Assembly (NCBI GenBank): GCA_016190825.1
Contig: JACPPV010000039.1
Coordinates: 10,215-74,214 of the forward strand
From: Chloroflexota bacterium
Lineage (GTDB): Bacteria; Chloroflexota; Dehalococcoidia; Dehalococcoidales; UBA2162
Length of the DNA: 64,000 nt
Direction: 5' to 3'
A model generated the notes under the pieces. That model ran no database searches. It saw only the letters and a program-made list of their open reading frames with translations, and was not told the origin of the DNA. Positions 17,406 to 27,000 of this stretch are shown here, one piece after another. The translations under genes were made by a program, and so were the position numbers. Position 1 is the stretch's first letter. Every line of letters starts with the position of its first letter.

Positions 17406-18410
17406 TCAGTATTCCCGATACCAGTCTTCTGACACCTCCGCCAGCTCATGCGTTTCCAGCCCCCGCTTCCTGTACCAGGGTGTGGCATACCTGTTAGCCA
17501 CTTCAACCAGCCTTTTCAGGCGGTCTGCGCCGACTGTTGAAAGCCACTCGACCCGGGCCGCCGCACCGGCGAGGCTCACCACTTCCTGCCAGATGGCCCG
17601 GCCTCCAAGGAAGCCGGAAGCCCCGGCCTGGCAGGCGATTTCCACCTGCTGAAGGAACGTCTCAAAGTCCACCCCAGCGCTGAGGATAACCCAGGGAACG
17701 CGGGATGCCGCATCAAGCTGCCGGCAGAGCTCAATAAGCCTGGACCGGTCCTTTTCATAGCGGAGATCAGCGGGGAACTCCGCCTTGAGTACATCTATGG
17801 GCAGGGCAGTAATGTCTCGGGCGGTTTGAATCACAAGCTTCCCTTTGATTGCAGCAAACTTCTCTGGGTCGCTAATTTCGCTACCAACCGGATAGCTCAC
17901 CGGTTCGACCAGAAAAGGGATATCGTATTCGATGCAGTCTTGCGCCACCTGACTTATGATTGCTAGTTGCTCGCCGGCGAGCGGCTTCAGATCGGGGCGG
18001 TAGTAAAGCAATATCTTAACCGCCGAAGCGCCCATCCGCTTTATCTTCTCGACTCCCCAGTCGTTGAGAAGTTCAGTACGGCGGTTTTCTTTGCCGCCCC
18101 CGTAACCCGAGGCTTCTATACTTACCAGAAGACCGGCGTCTCTCGGCAGAGCGCCACCGGCGATGCACTGTGCCGCGCCAAAAATAGGATCGAGCAGCAC
18201 GGCGCTGCCGTATCTACCCAGGGTAGAGCAGAGCTCCATCTTTCGCACGGTCATTTCCGCCGTGCTGACCCCTTCGGGGTTTTTCCCACCGATCATATTA
18301 CGGAATGACTCACGGTGGTCAATGGCGCAGATGACAAAAATACCGTCTTCGCTGGCGATCTGTTGCAAGCCCCTCAATTTCCCGATGGTCAGCTTCTTCA
18401 TCATAGGCAC
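17406..18410 (-). CDS. Class I aldolase, LacD/YihT-like (tagatose-1,6-bisphosphate aldolase family)
   Basis: LRGLQQIASEDGIFVICAIDHR...AVKILLYYRPD pattern, paired with the PfkB kinase downstream. Confidence 0.65.
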   Translation of the reverse strand: MPMMKKLTIGKLRGLQQIASEDGIFVICAIDHRESFRNMIGGKNPEGVSTAEMTVRKMELCSTLGRYGSAVLLDPIFGAAQCIAGGALPRDAGLLVSIEASGYGGGKENRRTELLNDWGVEKIKRMGASAVKILLYYRPDLKPLAGEQLAIISQVAQDCIEYDIPFLVEPVSYPVGSEISDPEKFAAIKGKLVIQTARDITALPIDVLKAEFPADLRYEKDRSRLIELCRQLDAASRVPWVILSAGVDFETFLQQVEIACQAGASGFLGGRAIWQEVVSLAGAAARVEWLSTVGADRLKRLVEVANRYATPWYRKRGLETHELAEVSEDWYREY

Positions 18411-18469
18411 AAAATAATTATACTATAAAACAACAGGACAAGAAGTCGGACAGCGGGGTTGTTTAATGA

Positions 18470-18600
18470 CTCACCCAAGCCGTTCGTGGCTCGCCACCGA
18501 CCCTCGCCACAGGTGGTGAGCCGTTAGCCTGCCCTGAGAACAGACGAAGGGAACCACAACGGCCCTTCGACAAGAGCGAACGGAGTTATTAAGCGCTCTC
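18470..18600. repeat. Intergenic cluster of short dispersed repeat motifs
   Basis: Contains gccgttcgtgg and gcccttcgacaagagcgaacgg (18562-18583). These motifs recur at 26.9, 35.4 and 63.6 kb. Confidence 0.6.
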
Positions 18601-18677
18601 GATAGCGCACGTTTGCCTCTCAATCTTTCAGTAAGTTATAATCTTTCAGTCCACCTACTTTTAACCTGGAGGCGGTA

Positions 18678-19319
18678 ATGTCCTGGCTCTACTCGGTAGG
18701 CAAGATTTTTTTCGAAATACTTTTCTTTTCGTTCACGAACTGCAGGGTTCAGGGCAAGGAGAATGTTCCCCGTGAAGGACCGCTGCTGGTGGTGGCAAAT
18801 CACATGAACCTGACGGATCCTCCGCTTGTCGGCATTAGCATCGGGCGGAAATCCAGGTTCATGGCAAAAAGAGAACTCTTCCGGTCTCCTCTGATGAGTT
18901 TTATTCTGCGCTCTGTTGGAGCCTTCCCGGTTAATCGCCAGCGCTTCGACCGGGAAATATTGCGGCAGGTTGAGGAGACATTTGCCATGGGGTTCCCGCT
19001 GGTCATGTTTCCCGAAGCAACCCGGAGTAAAAACGCGAAGTTGCAGCGCGCCTTTCCCGGGGCGGCAATGCTCGCCGCACGCAGCGGTGTCCCGCTTCTG
19101 CCAGTCGGGATCACTGGCACTGAAAGAATCAGGGGGGTAAAATCGCTGCTGACACGCCCGCGGGTCACGGTGAACATCGGCTCTCCCTTCCACCTGCCGC
19201 CGGCCGACGGCAAATTGACCAAGGCCGACCTTTCCCGCTACACTGAGATTATCATGGCACATATTGCAGCGCTGCTCCCGGCTGGGTACCGGGGAGTGTA
19301 CGTACAGCGGGGAGAGTAA
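18678..19319 (+). CDS. plsC: 1-acyl-sn-glycerol-3-phosphate acyltransferase
   Basis: HX4D block VVANHMNLTDPP, plus FPEATRS and PVGITG motifs. Confidence 0.85.
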   Translation: MSWLYSVGKIFFEILFFSFTNCRVQGKENVPREGPLLVVANHMNLTDPPLVGISIGRKSRFMAKRELFRSPLMSFILRSVGAFPVNRQRFDREILRQVEETFAMGFPLVMFPEATRSKNAKLQRAFPGAAMLAARSGVPLLPVGITGTERIRGVKSLLTRPRVTVNIGSPFHLPPADGKLTKADLSRYTEIIMAHIAALLPAGYRGVYVQRGE

Positions 19320-20168
19320 GTGGCGCTAAGGGTAGAAAAGGCGGCCGGCATCGGCTTTTGCTTCGGGGTCAAACGCTGCATCGAGATTCTTGAGAAGGCT
19401 GCGCAGGAACGGGGTCGGATAGAATCCCTTGGCGCTCCGGTTCACAATCAACAGGTGCTGGAGAGACTGGCGCGGCGTGGTATCCATATAGCCGGTAATA
19501 TTGATGAGATTAAGGGCGATGCCGCCGCTATCAGCGCCCATGGCATTAGTCCTGTGATTGAGGCTGAGCTCCGCCAGAAATTCAACAACGTGATCAACAC
19601 CACCTGCCCCTTTGTCCACCGGGCGCAGCTCGCGGCGCGGCGACTGGCCAGAGCGGGATTCTTTGTCATTGTCTACGGAGAAGCCGAGCACCCCGAGGTT
19701 AAGGGCATCCTGGGCTGGGCAGACAACCGGGGAATAGCCACGCTGGACACAGGACTTGTCCGGGAAACGCGGCTGCCCCGCCGGCTTGGAATCCTGTCAC
19801 AAACCACGCAGATACTTCCACAGTTTACCGAATTTGCCAGCAAAATGATTGACCTGGCGCTGATCAAAGACGGCGAAATTCGCGTGATTGATACAATCTG
19901 CCATGATATTCGCCGGAGGCAAAAATCCACCATCGATCTTGCCCGAAAGGCAGACGTGATGGTCGTTGTCGGCAGCCGCACCAGCGCCAACACCCGGCAT
20001 CTGGTGGAGTTTTGCGGCGCAGTCAAGAAAACCTACCTGACCCAAACAGCGGACGAAATCCAGCCCGACTGGTTCAAGGGATGCCGCCATGTTGGCGTTA
20101 CCAGCGGCGCCTCGACACCGGATGAGACGATCGATGAGGTAGTAGCGAGGCTGGAAGAGATAGAGTAG
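19320..20168 (+). CDS. ispH: 4-hydroxy-3-methylbut-2-enyl diphosphate reductase
   Basis: GFCFGVKRCIE..LGAPVHNQQV...TTCPFVHR...DTICHDIRRRQ...VVGSRTSANTRHL shows the three conserved Cys and IspH signatures. GTG start abuts the plsC stop. Confidence 0.9.
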   Translation: MALRVEKAAGIGFCFGVKRCIEILEKAAQERGRIESLGAPVHNQQVLERLARRGIHIAGNIDEIKGDAAAISAHGISPVIEAELRQKFNNVINTTCPFVHRAQLAARRLARAGFFVIVYGEAEHPEVKGILGWADNRGIATLDTGLVRETRLPRRLGILSQTTQILPQFTEFASKMIDLALIKDGEIRVIDTICHDIRRRQKSTIDLARKADVMVVVGSRTSANTRHLVEFCGAVKKTYLTQTADEIQPDWFKGCRHVGVTSGASTPDETIDEVVARLEEIE

Positions 20169-20196
20169 TCATGGGCAGTAATCTCGCGTCTCAGCG

Positions 20197-21096
20197 CTAC
20201 CCGACAGAGATTTCCCGCGCGGAATGGCTTCCCCATCTGAGTGTCGAAAGAAAAACGGCCACCCCCAGCCCGGCAACGAAAAAAGCTACCCCCAGCCAGC
20301 CGTGATACAATGCTAAGGCCGCATCCTGCCCCAGGCGCGGGGTCAGCGCCAGGACCGCACTGACCAGGATTATCTTGGCCGCCATACCCAGCGCCGGCAG
20401 CCAGAATAAGGATATTCCCAATGACTTCAGTGAAGCCCCACGCAGATACAGAAGCGGCACCGCCAGCGCCAGCAGCGCCATAATGAAGTTGAATCCGCTA
20501 CACAGCCCGATTACCTCGTACTGGTACTGACCAACAGTAATGAGCTGGCCTGACCGGAAAACCGGCGTACCCAACAACCCCGCCAGAGGCGCCGACCCAG
20601 TAGCCACTACTTGCGCCAGAAAATTGGTTATCCCCCACTCATCCACTGGAAAGGGGACAGCCAGCAGAAAAAGCAGGAAAGGAACTGACAGACGCCGGAC
20701 TGTTGTAACGCCGGAGAAAAGGCACACCGCGCCAAGGCCGGCCGGAATAGTTGAAGCGGCGGAAAGATAAGGCATGTCCAGGAAATCCCCGGCAAACTTC
20801 AGCGCCACACCCCCGGCAAGTGCCGGTATCCCCCACGGAGACCTTCTGCCGGACAGAAGAAACTCTCTTCTTTTCCGCCAGAGCAGGTAGCCCACCATTA
20901 TCACCACCAGGAAACCGTGCGCCCAGTTCCGCGCTTCCCACACGAAGGAGCCGCTGCCCCACCACTCCCCGAACAGCCACTGCATGGTGGAGAAATAGAT
21001 AGAGAATAGCCCTGCCGCCAGCAAGAGCACCAGGGATATCCGGGAGCGGCCGGCGGTCGCGGGACTGTTTGAGACAGGCCAGTCCGAAACGGTCAT
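20197..21096 (-). CDS. Exosortase/archaeosortase-family transpeptidase
   Basis: Polytopic protein. Has WAHGFLVVIMVGYLLWRKR (N-terminal HGF-type motif), a catalytic-type Cys in IGLCSGFNF, a conserved Arg (LLYLRG) and His (ALYHGWLG). Its start overlaps the stop of the upstream Kelch protein. Confidence 0.75.
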   Translation of the reverse strand: MTVSDWPVSNSPATAGRSRISLVLLLAAGLFSIYFSTMQWLFGEWWGSGSFVWEARNWAHGFLVVIMVGYLLWRKRREFLLSGRRSPWGIPALAGGVALKFAGDFLDMPYLSAASTIPAGLGAVCLFSGVTTVRRLSVPFLLFLLAVPFPVDEWGITNFLAQVVATGSAPLAGLLGTPVFRSGQLITVGQYQYEVIGLCSGFNFIMALLALAVPLLYLRGASLKSLGISLFWLPALGMAAKIILVSAVLALTPRLGQDAALALYHGWLGVAFFVAGLGVAVFLSTLRWGSHSAREISVG

Positions 21097-23120
21097 TACC
21101 TTTTCCTGCGGCGGGAGAAGATTGCCCTGAGACCCAGTAACGGCAAGCCGCTGGCGATGAGCGCCCAGGTGGAGATGTCCGGCAGGGAACGGACCCGGGG
21201 AAAAGATGAGCCGCTGTCCGAACTGGAGGATGATTGTCCTACGGCGGAGACCGTGATTGTTTGCGCCTGAGAGCCGGTGCCGTTGGAGTTATCCCGCACG
21301 GTCAGGACCACCAGGTAGCTGCCGGCTGATGTGAAGGTATGCCCCAGTCCGGTTGGCCCCACGGCCGACGAGCTGCCCCAGTCTCCCCAGTCCCAGCTAT
21401 AGTTCGCGATAGCGCCATCCGGGTCGCCGGAACCAGAGGCATCAACCATCACCACCTGGCCCGCCTGCGGATTAGTAGGGGAATAGGTAAAGGAAGCCAC
21501 CGGAAGCTGGTTGGGCGTGGCAGTGGTAAAGCTGTCCTCCAGGCCGTAAACCGTGCCATCGCCTACCGCCTTCGCCCGGTAATAATATGTCGTCGAAGGA
21601 CTGAATCCGCTAATGGGCGACCAATAAGTCTGGGATGAGAACGCCGGGCCCCACATTGCTTCACCGGTGTAGTCTCCTGAGGTTGTGCCCCACTGGACGC
21701 CGACCATCACACTTGAGGCCGTGCCCATGGAAACCAGGTTGCCGTAAAACGTCGCTGAAGTGGTCCCAATGCCGGTAACGTCGCCGGTGGTCACCGTGGG
21801 TGGAGTTAAAGATAAGGTGGTGAAGCTCTTTTCCGAGCCATAGCTTGTGCCATCCCCCACCGCCCTGGCGCGGTAGTAGTAGGTCGTCCCGGCATTAAGT
21901 CCGGTTATGGTATCGTCAAAAATGGCCGGGGCAGCAGTTGCGTTGCCGGGTGTGGTTTCTCCGGTGTAGTTTCCGGAGCTTGTTCCCCACTGGAAAGACA
22001 CGTTGACGCTTGAAGCCGTGCCCAGAGAATCGATGTTTAGTCTTACCCTCGCTGAGGCGGCGGTGACATCGTAGTACCAATCGTTGGTGCTAACGGTGGG
22101 TGGGGTGGTCGCTGCTAACGTAAGCGCCTCGGTAGTTGCCAATGTTCCGGTACTGTTGGCACCACCGGCGATATAGAGGCTGCCATTGATAGCTCCGACC
22201 GCTGCGCCAGCGCGGGCGGTTGGCATTGCGGTCTCAGTTGTCCAGCCATCAGTGGCCGGGTCATATACATACACAGTGTTTTTATTGGTGGCACCATCGT
22301 CACCGCCAATGACGTAAAGCTTGCCATTGAGAACCGCGCTGGCAAATCCCCTCCCTCCTGCCGGCATCGGGGCTTTGGTCGTCCACGTATTGGTAGCCGG
22401 ATCGTATACATCCAGTTTCTTCCAGTTAGCAGAATTGCCCGACCAGTCGTCGCCACCGGCCACGTAAAACTTGTTATCAATGACGCCGAAAGCCGGGTTG
22501 ACGTGGTAGTTCGGTGATTCGGGAAGTTGAGTCCAGCTATTAGTGGCCGGGTCATAGACATGTAGATATTTCCACCAGCCATCGTAGCCAGTCGCAGCGG
22601 TATAGACATAGAGCTTGCCGTTGATCACGCCGGAAGCTCCATGGCCACTACCATAGTACATTCCGCCCTGAGGTATGGATGCCCTGGTGCTCCAGGAATT
22701 AGCTAGGGGATCATACACAAACAACGTATTGGTGGGAAGACTGCCACTCCATCCCCCGGCTACATAAAGCTTGCCATCGATGACGCCGGCGCCAACCCCG
22801 GTATCTCGGGGTCCCGGCATGGAAGCCAAGGTGCTCCAGGTATTTGCTGTCGCGTCATATGACCAAAGCGTGTTGATCGGTCCTGAACCGTCAGTACCGC
22901 CGGCCACGTAGAGAACGCCGTTAATCACTCCAGCCGCCGCCCAGGTGCGCGGCTCCGGCATGGAGGTTTTAGTGGCCCAGGTGCCATCCGCATATGCTTC
23001 GCTTGGGAGCAAGAGGCTGAGGAGCAGGACGAGTCCAATTGCGAAGTAGCCCAGACTGGCAAACAGGCTTCGGCCAGCACAGCGGTCCCGAAACAGGATT
23101 CTCCTAATCTTATCCACCAT
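21096..23120 (-). CDS. Secreted Kelch-repeat / Fn3-like / PKD-domain protein with C-terminal sorting signal
   Basis: Signal anchor, then about 6 Kelch blades (repeats of GVINGxLYVxGG...YDPATNxW). Two roughly 90-aa TTYYYRAxAVGDG modules follow, then a PKD-like module (DPDGAIANYSWDWGD). A Ser-rich spacer leads into LPDISTWALIASGLPLLGLRAIFSRRRKR. Confidence 0.8.
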   Translation of the reverse strand: MVDKIRRILFRDRCAGRSLFASLGYFAIGLVLLLSLLLPSEAYADGTWATKTSMPEPRTWAAAGVINGVLYVAGGTDGSGPINTLWSYDATANTWSTLASMPGPRDTGVGAGVIDGKLYVAGGWSGSLPTNTLFVYDPLANSWSTRASIPQGGMYYGSGHGASGVINGKLYVYTAATGYDGWWKYLHVYDPATNSWTQLPESPNYHVNPAFGVIDNKFYVAGGDDWSGNSANWKKLDVYDPATNTWTTKAPMPAGGRGFASAVLNGKLYVIGGDDGATNKNTVYVYDPATDGWTTETAMPTARAGAAVGAINGSLYIAGGANSTGTLATTEALTLAATTPPTVSTNDWYYDVTAASARVRLNIDSLGTASSVNVSFQWGTSSGNYTGETTPGNATAAPAIFDDTITGLNAGTTYYYRARAVGDGTSYGSEKSFTTLSLTPPTVTTGDVTGIGTTSATFYGNLVSMGTASSVMVGVQWGTTSGDYTGEAMWGPAFSSQTYWSPISGFSPSTTYYYRAKAVGDGTVYGLEDSFTTATPNQLPVASFTYSPTNPQAGQVVMVDASGSGDPDGAIANYSWDWGDWGSSSAVGPTGLGHTFTSAGSYLVVLTVRDNSNGTGSQAQTITVSAVGQSSSSSDSGSSFPRVRSLPDISTWALIASGLPLLGLRAIFSRRRKR

Positions 23121-23227
23121 GTTCGTAGTCCTAGCTTATTGCGTATACTAACGATAATATGGAAAACCATCAACCAGCTATCACCCGAAAGTATGACTTT
23201 GGGATGACTTCGGGATTGCCGGGAAGC

Positions 23228-23258
23228 TTGACATCGGGCGGGCTCGAACGCTTATAAT
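23228..23258 (+). promoter_or_regulatory. Sigma70-like promoter candidate upstream of the acyl-CoA dehydrogenase operon
   Basis: TTGACA (23228-23233) and TATAAT (23253-23258). The spacer is 19 nt, which is longer than optimal. Confidence 0.3.
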
Positions 23259-23400
23259 AGGGCTATCTCAAATGGGAATCCGTTTTTGGGGCGCCGCGGG
23301 AACGTAAATCCGTCTCACGCGCGGTGCCCTTTTCGTAGCTAGTGCGGCATACGGGGCAAGGTTCGCCACCCACAGAGAAGCAACCAACCGAGGGGGTATT

Positions 23401-24558
23401 TTGGAATATTTTCTGAGTGAAACACAGAAAGAAATAAGGGGCCTCGCCAGGAAAATTGCCGAGGAGAGGATACTCCCCGTGCGGGCTGAGCTTGATGAAA
23501 AAGAGGAGTTTCCCTGGGAAATAATGAAAGCCCTGGCCGAAAGCGATATGTTCCGTGTTTTCGTCCCGGAGGAGTACGAGGGTTTGGGCGGCGGCTGTTT
23601 CGACCTCTGCCTGGTGGTGGAGCAGCTCAGCCGCGTGTGCAGCGGGGTGGCGGTGAGCTATGCCGCCAGCGCACTGGGCAGCATCACCCTGATACAGGCC
23701 GGCAGCGAGGAGCAGAAGAAAAAGTACCTGCCGGACGTCGCATCGGGGAAGAAATTGGCCGCTTTCGCCCTGACCGAGCCATCTGCCGGGAGTGATGCCA
23801 CAGCCCTGAAGACCACAGCCCAAAAGGTGGCCGGCGGCTACATACTTAACGGGACAAAGCAGTTCATCACTAACGGCGGCGAAGCAGAGATATACACCGT
23901 CATCGTGCTGACGGATAAGACAAAGGGTCCCCGGGGCGCCAGCGCCTTTATCCTGGAAAAGGGAATGCCCGGTTTCTCCTTCGGCAAGAAAGAAAAGAAG
24001 CTCGGCATCCGCGCCTCAGCCACCAGGGAGCTCGTCTTTCGCGATTGCTTTGTTCCGGAGGCGAATCTTCTCGGCAGGGAGGGGATGGGCTTCATTCAAA
24101 CCCTTCGCACTCTCGATTGGTCGCGCCCGGGCATCGGCTCGCAGGCGGTCGGGGTGGCACAGGGAGCGCTGGAAGCCGCGGTGGATTACGCCCGCCAGCG
24201 CGTGCAGTTCGGGCATCCGCTGATCGCGCTACCAGCGGTGCAGAATATGCTGGCTGATATGGCGATACAGGTAGAAGCGGCGAGAGCGCTGGTCTACGCC
24301 GTTGCCCGGACCGTTGACAGCGGCGCAAAAGATTTCACGGAAGAGTCCGCCATGGCCAAGGTCTTCGCGGCAGATGTGTCCATGGAGGTCACCACCAAAG
24401 CGGTGCAGATTTTCGGCGGGGCCGGCTACATGCGCGATTACCCGGTGGAGAAGATGATGCGTGATGCCAAAATTACCCAGATTTACGAAGGCGCCAACGA
24501 AATGCTCCGGGGCACCATCGCTGCAGAACTGAGAAAAAGAAGAGGACGGCGAGATTGA
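23401..24558 (+). CDS. Acyl-CoA dehydrogenase (short/butyryl-chain type)
   Basis: 385 aa. Motifs AFALTEPSAGSDA, GTKQFITNGG and a C-terminal QIYEGANE-type motif (IYEGANEM). TTG start with a GAGGGGG Shine-Dalgarno. Confidence 0.9.
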   Translation: MEYFLSETQKEIRGLARKIAEERILPVRAELDEKEEFPWEIMKALAESDMFRVFVPEEYEGLGGGCFDLCLVVEQLSRVCSGVAVSYAASALGSITLIQAGSEEQKKKYLPDVASGKKLAAFALTEPSAGSDATALKTTAQKVAGGYILNGTKQFITNGGEAEIYTVIVLTDKTKGPRGASAFILEKGMPGFSFGKKEKKLGIRASATRELVFRDCFVPEANLLGREGMGFIQTLRTLDWSRPGIGSQAVGVAQGALEAAVDYARQRVQFGHPLIALPAVQNMLADMAIQVEAARALVYAVARTVDSGAKDFTEESAMAKVFAADVSMEVTTKAVQIFGGAGYMRDYPVEKMMRDAKITQIYEGANEMLRGTIAAELRKRRGRRD

Positions 24559-25340
24559 ACATCATAGTTTGCATCAAACAGGTGCCGGGCACCACGCAGG
24601 TGAAGATAGATCCCCAGACCAACAGCCTGGTGAGACAGGGCACAAAAAACATCATCAATCCTTTTGATAGCTACGCCCTCGAGGAAGGGGTCCATTTGAA
24701 AGAGCGCTTTGGCGGGAAAGTCACGGCGCTTAGCATGGGACCGCCCCAGGCAGAAGAGATACTGCGTGAAGCCATCGCCTGCGGCGCCGACCAGGCATTT
24801 CTTGTCAGCGACCGGCTGCTCGGAGGCTCCGATACCCTGGCAACTTCTTACACGCTGTCCAGGGCGATAAGAAAGATAGCCGATTTTGACCTGGTCATCT
24901 GCGGTCGCCAGACCGCAGATGGCGACACCGGTCAGGTGGGGCCAGAACTAGCGGAAACGATGGGGCTTCCGTTCGTTGCCTATGTCAATAAGATAGAAGA
25001 AGTCGGCGCCGGGCAGATACGTCTCCAGCGCATGGTAGAGGATGGCTACGAAGTTATAGAGACATCGCTGCCCGCGATGATAAGCGTGGTCAAAGAGATT
25101 AACGTGCCCCGTCTGCCATCCCTGCGGGGACTGGCCAGGGCGAAAAGCGCGGCGGTCATTGTCTGGACAGCCGCCGACATCGAAGCTGATATGAGCAGGA
25201 TAGGGCTAAATGGTTCAGCCACGAAAGTGATAAAAATATTTTTCCCCAACAGAGAACGCCGGGGAGAAAAGTTGCAGGGTTGTATGGAAGAACAGGTGGA
25301 AACCCTGGTGCAGAAACTGAGAGAGTCCAGGGTGGTGTAG
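24555..25340 (+). CDS. etfB: Electron transfer flavoprotein beta subunit
   Basis: MNIIVCIKQVPGTTQVKIDP...NPFDSYALEEG...SDTLATSYTL...VICGRQTADGDTGQVGP. Confidence 0.9.
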   Translation: MNIIVCIKQVPGTTQVKIDPQTNSLVRQGTKNIINPFDSYALEEGVHLKERFGGKVTALSMGPPQAEEILREAIACGADQAFLVSDRLLGGSDTLATSYTLSRAIRKIADFDLVICGRQTADGDTGQVGPELAETMGLPFVAYVNKIEEVGAGQIRLQRMVEDGYEVIETSLPAMISVVKEINVPRLPSLRGLARAKSAAVIVWTAADIEADMSRIGLNGSATKVIKIFFPNRERRGEKLQGCMEEQVETLVQKLRESRVV

Positions 25341-25347
25341 GAGCAAG

Positions 25348-26343
25348 ATGGAAAGTAACGGTTACCAGGGAGTCTGGACTTTTGCCGAGCAGCGCAACGG
25401 CAAGCTGAAGAGAGTGAGCTACGAGATTCTGGCCAGGGGGAGAGAGCTGGCGGATACGCTCGGCACGGAGCTGACTGCCGTGTGCTTCGGACATAACATC
25501 AGCGAAGTTGACCAGCTAATCGCCCACGGGGCGGACAAAGTTTACCTGATTGATGACCCGGCTCTGGCGGTAAACCAGGAGGACCTGTGCGCCGGCGAGC
25601 TGGCACGCCTGATCAGGGAAAACAAGCCGGAGATCCTCCTGGCGGGCGCCACCTCGCTAGGACGTGCCTTTATCCCGAGAGTGGCCGCCATTCTTCAGAC
25701 AGGGCTCACCGCCGATTGCACCGGCCTAGATATTGACGCCGGAAAGAAGCTTCTGCTGCAGACCCGCCCCACCTTCGGCGGCAACATGATGGCAACGATT
25801 ATCTGCAAGGACAAGCGCCCCCAGATGGCTACGGTGCGCCCCCGGGTGTTCAAGAAAAAAGCGCCGGATGCGAACCGCAAGGGACAGATTATCAAGGTAG
25901 ATTTCAAGAAAGAGGCGGTCACTTCGCGGACAAGACTGCTCAACTTTGTCGAAAACATCACCGAGAGCATCAAGCTCGAAGATGCCGATATCATCGTCTC
26001 CGGCGGAAGGGGACTGGGAAAGCCGGAGAATTTCAAGCTCATCGAAGAACTGGCGGAAGCGCTGGGCGCGGCGGTAGGCTCATCACGGCCGCCGGTGGAC
26101 GAGGGCTGGATTCCCTATTCCCACCAGGTTGGCCAGACCGGAAAGACGGTTTGTCCCAAACTTTACTTCGCCTGCGGAATATCGGGCGCGGTCCAGCACC
26201 TTGCCGGGATGCAGAGCTCCGAAATGATCATTGCTATTAATAGCGACCCGGACGCACCCATCTTTGATGTGGCCACCTATGGCATTGTCGGCGACCTTTT
26301 TCAGGTGGTGCCCCTGCTTATCAACAAACTGAAGTGCGAATAG
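25348..26343 (+). CDS. etfA: Electron transfer flavoprotein alpha subunit
   Basis: ADIIVSGGRGLG..GAAVGSSRPPVDEGW...QVGQTGKTVCPKLYFACGISGAVQHLAGM...IIAINSDPDAPIF. Confidence 0.9.
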   Translation: MESNGYQGVWTFAEQRNGKLKRVSYEILARGRELADTLGTELTAVCFGHNISEVDQLIAHGADKVYLIDDPALAVNQEDLCAGELARLIRENKPEILLAGATSLGRAFIPRVAAILQTGLTADCTGLDIDAGKKLLLQTRPTFGGNMMATIICKDKRPQMATVRPRVFKKKAPDANRKGQIIKVDFKKEAVTSRTRLLNFVENITESIKLEDADIIVSGGRGLGKPENFKLIEELAEALGAAVGSSRPPVDEGWIPYSHQVGQTGKTVCPKLYFACGISGAVQHLAGMQSSEMIIAINSDPDAPIFDVATYGIVGDLFQVVPLLINKLKCE

Positions 26344-26385
26344 TCCTTTGCCTCAACGAATAATCATGGAAAAAGGAGGATTCTG

Positions 26386-26592
26386 ATGAGCGTGAAGGTT
26401 ATCGATAAGAACAGTGGCAAGGAGACCATCGGGAAATGGGCTTCAATCAAGGGCGGCGAGGTTAACCTTTTCACCGGCATTATGTCAGATAAGAAAGGCG
26501 GCTGGCGGGGCTGCGGGAAAAAGATTGTCTTCCCGGCGGACAGCGTGACCATTACCGCCGATGAGCCGGGTAAAGAATTGAAAAAGGCTTAG
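26386..26592 (+). CDS. Hypothetical small protein (68 aa)
   Basis: ATG is preceded by AAAGGAGGA at 5-nt spacing. No motif recognised. Confidence 0.5.
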   Translation: MSVKVIDKNSGKETIGKWASIKGGEVNLFTGIMSDKKGGWRGCGKKIVFPADSVTITADEPGKELKKA

Positions 26593-26619
26593 TACTGTTG
26601 CAAAACCATTACATGGTTC

Positions 26620-26970
26620 ACCATTGCGAGTCCCAAAATAATCGGGACAAAGCAATCCGTTCGATTGTAGACTTAGACGGATTGCCTCGCTTCGCTCACA
26701 ATGAGAGAACTACATTCTTTTTTGTAAAGGACTTCAGATTCAAGACGCTAGTGCAGTGTCTTTGAAATAACGTTAGCTACGATAATCCCATTCCGACTTT
26801 CGTCAGTATGGTTAATCACAAGGAAAGAAGCGTAAGACGTACTCCACTAGTACTAAGTTGCAGAATTCCGCGTAACAGCATGCGCCGTTCATGGTGAGCT
26901 TGTCGAACCATCGGCGCGCCCTTCGACAGGCTCAGAGCCTGCCCCGTACTTGATACGGGGGCGAACGGTG
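26620..26970. repeat. Intergenic cluster of dispersed repeat motifs and nested hairpins
   Basis: cattgcgag...ctcacaatg encloses gcaatccgt/acggattgc. Also cctcgcttcgctcac, gccgttcatggtgagcttgtcgaacc, gcccttcgacaggctcagagc (26918-26938) and the hairpin gccccgtacttgatacgggg (26941-26960). Confidence 0.6.
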
Positions 26971-27000
26971 TCCTTGGTACGCCTATTTATAAACTAAGCA

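Noticed and set aside
23259-23400. Possible riboswitch in the acyl-CoA dehydrogenase leader.
   Set aside because: I could not match it to any riboswitch core sequence I know. Only generic GC-rich complementarity is visible. It is mentioned within a low-interest finding only.
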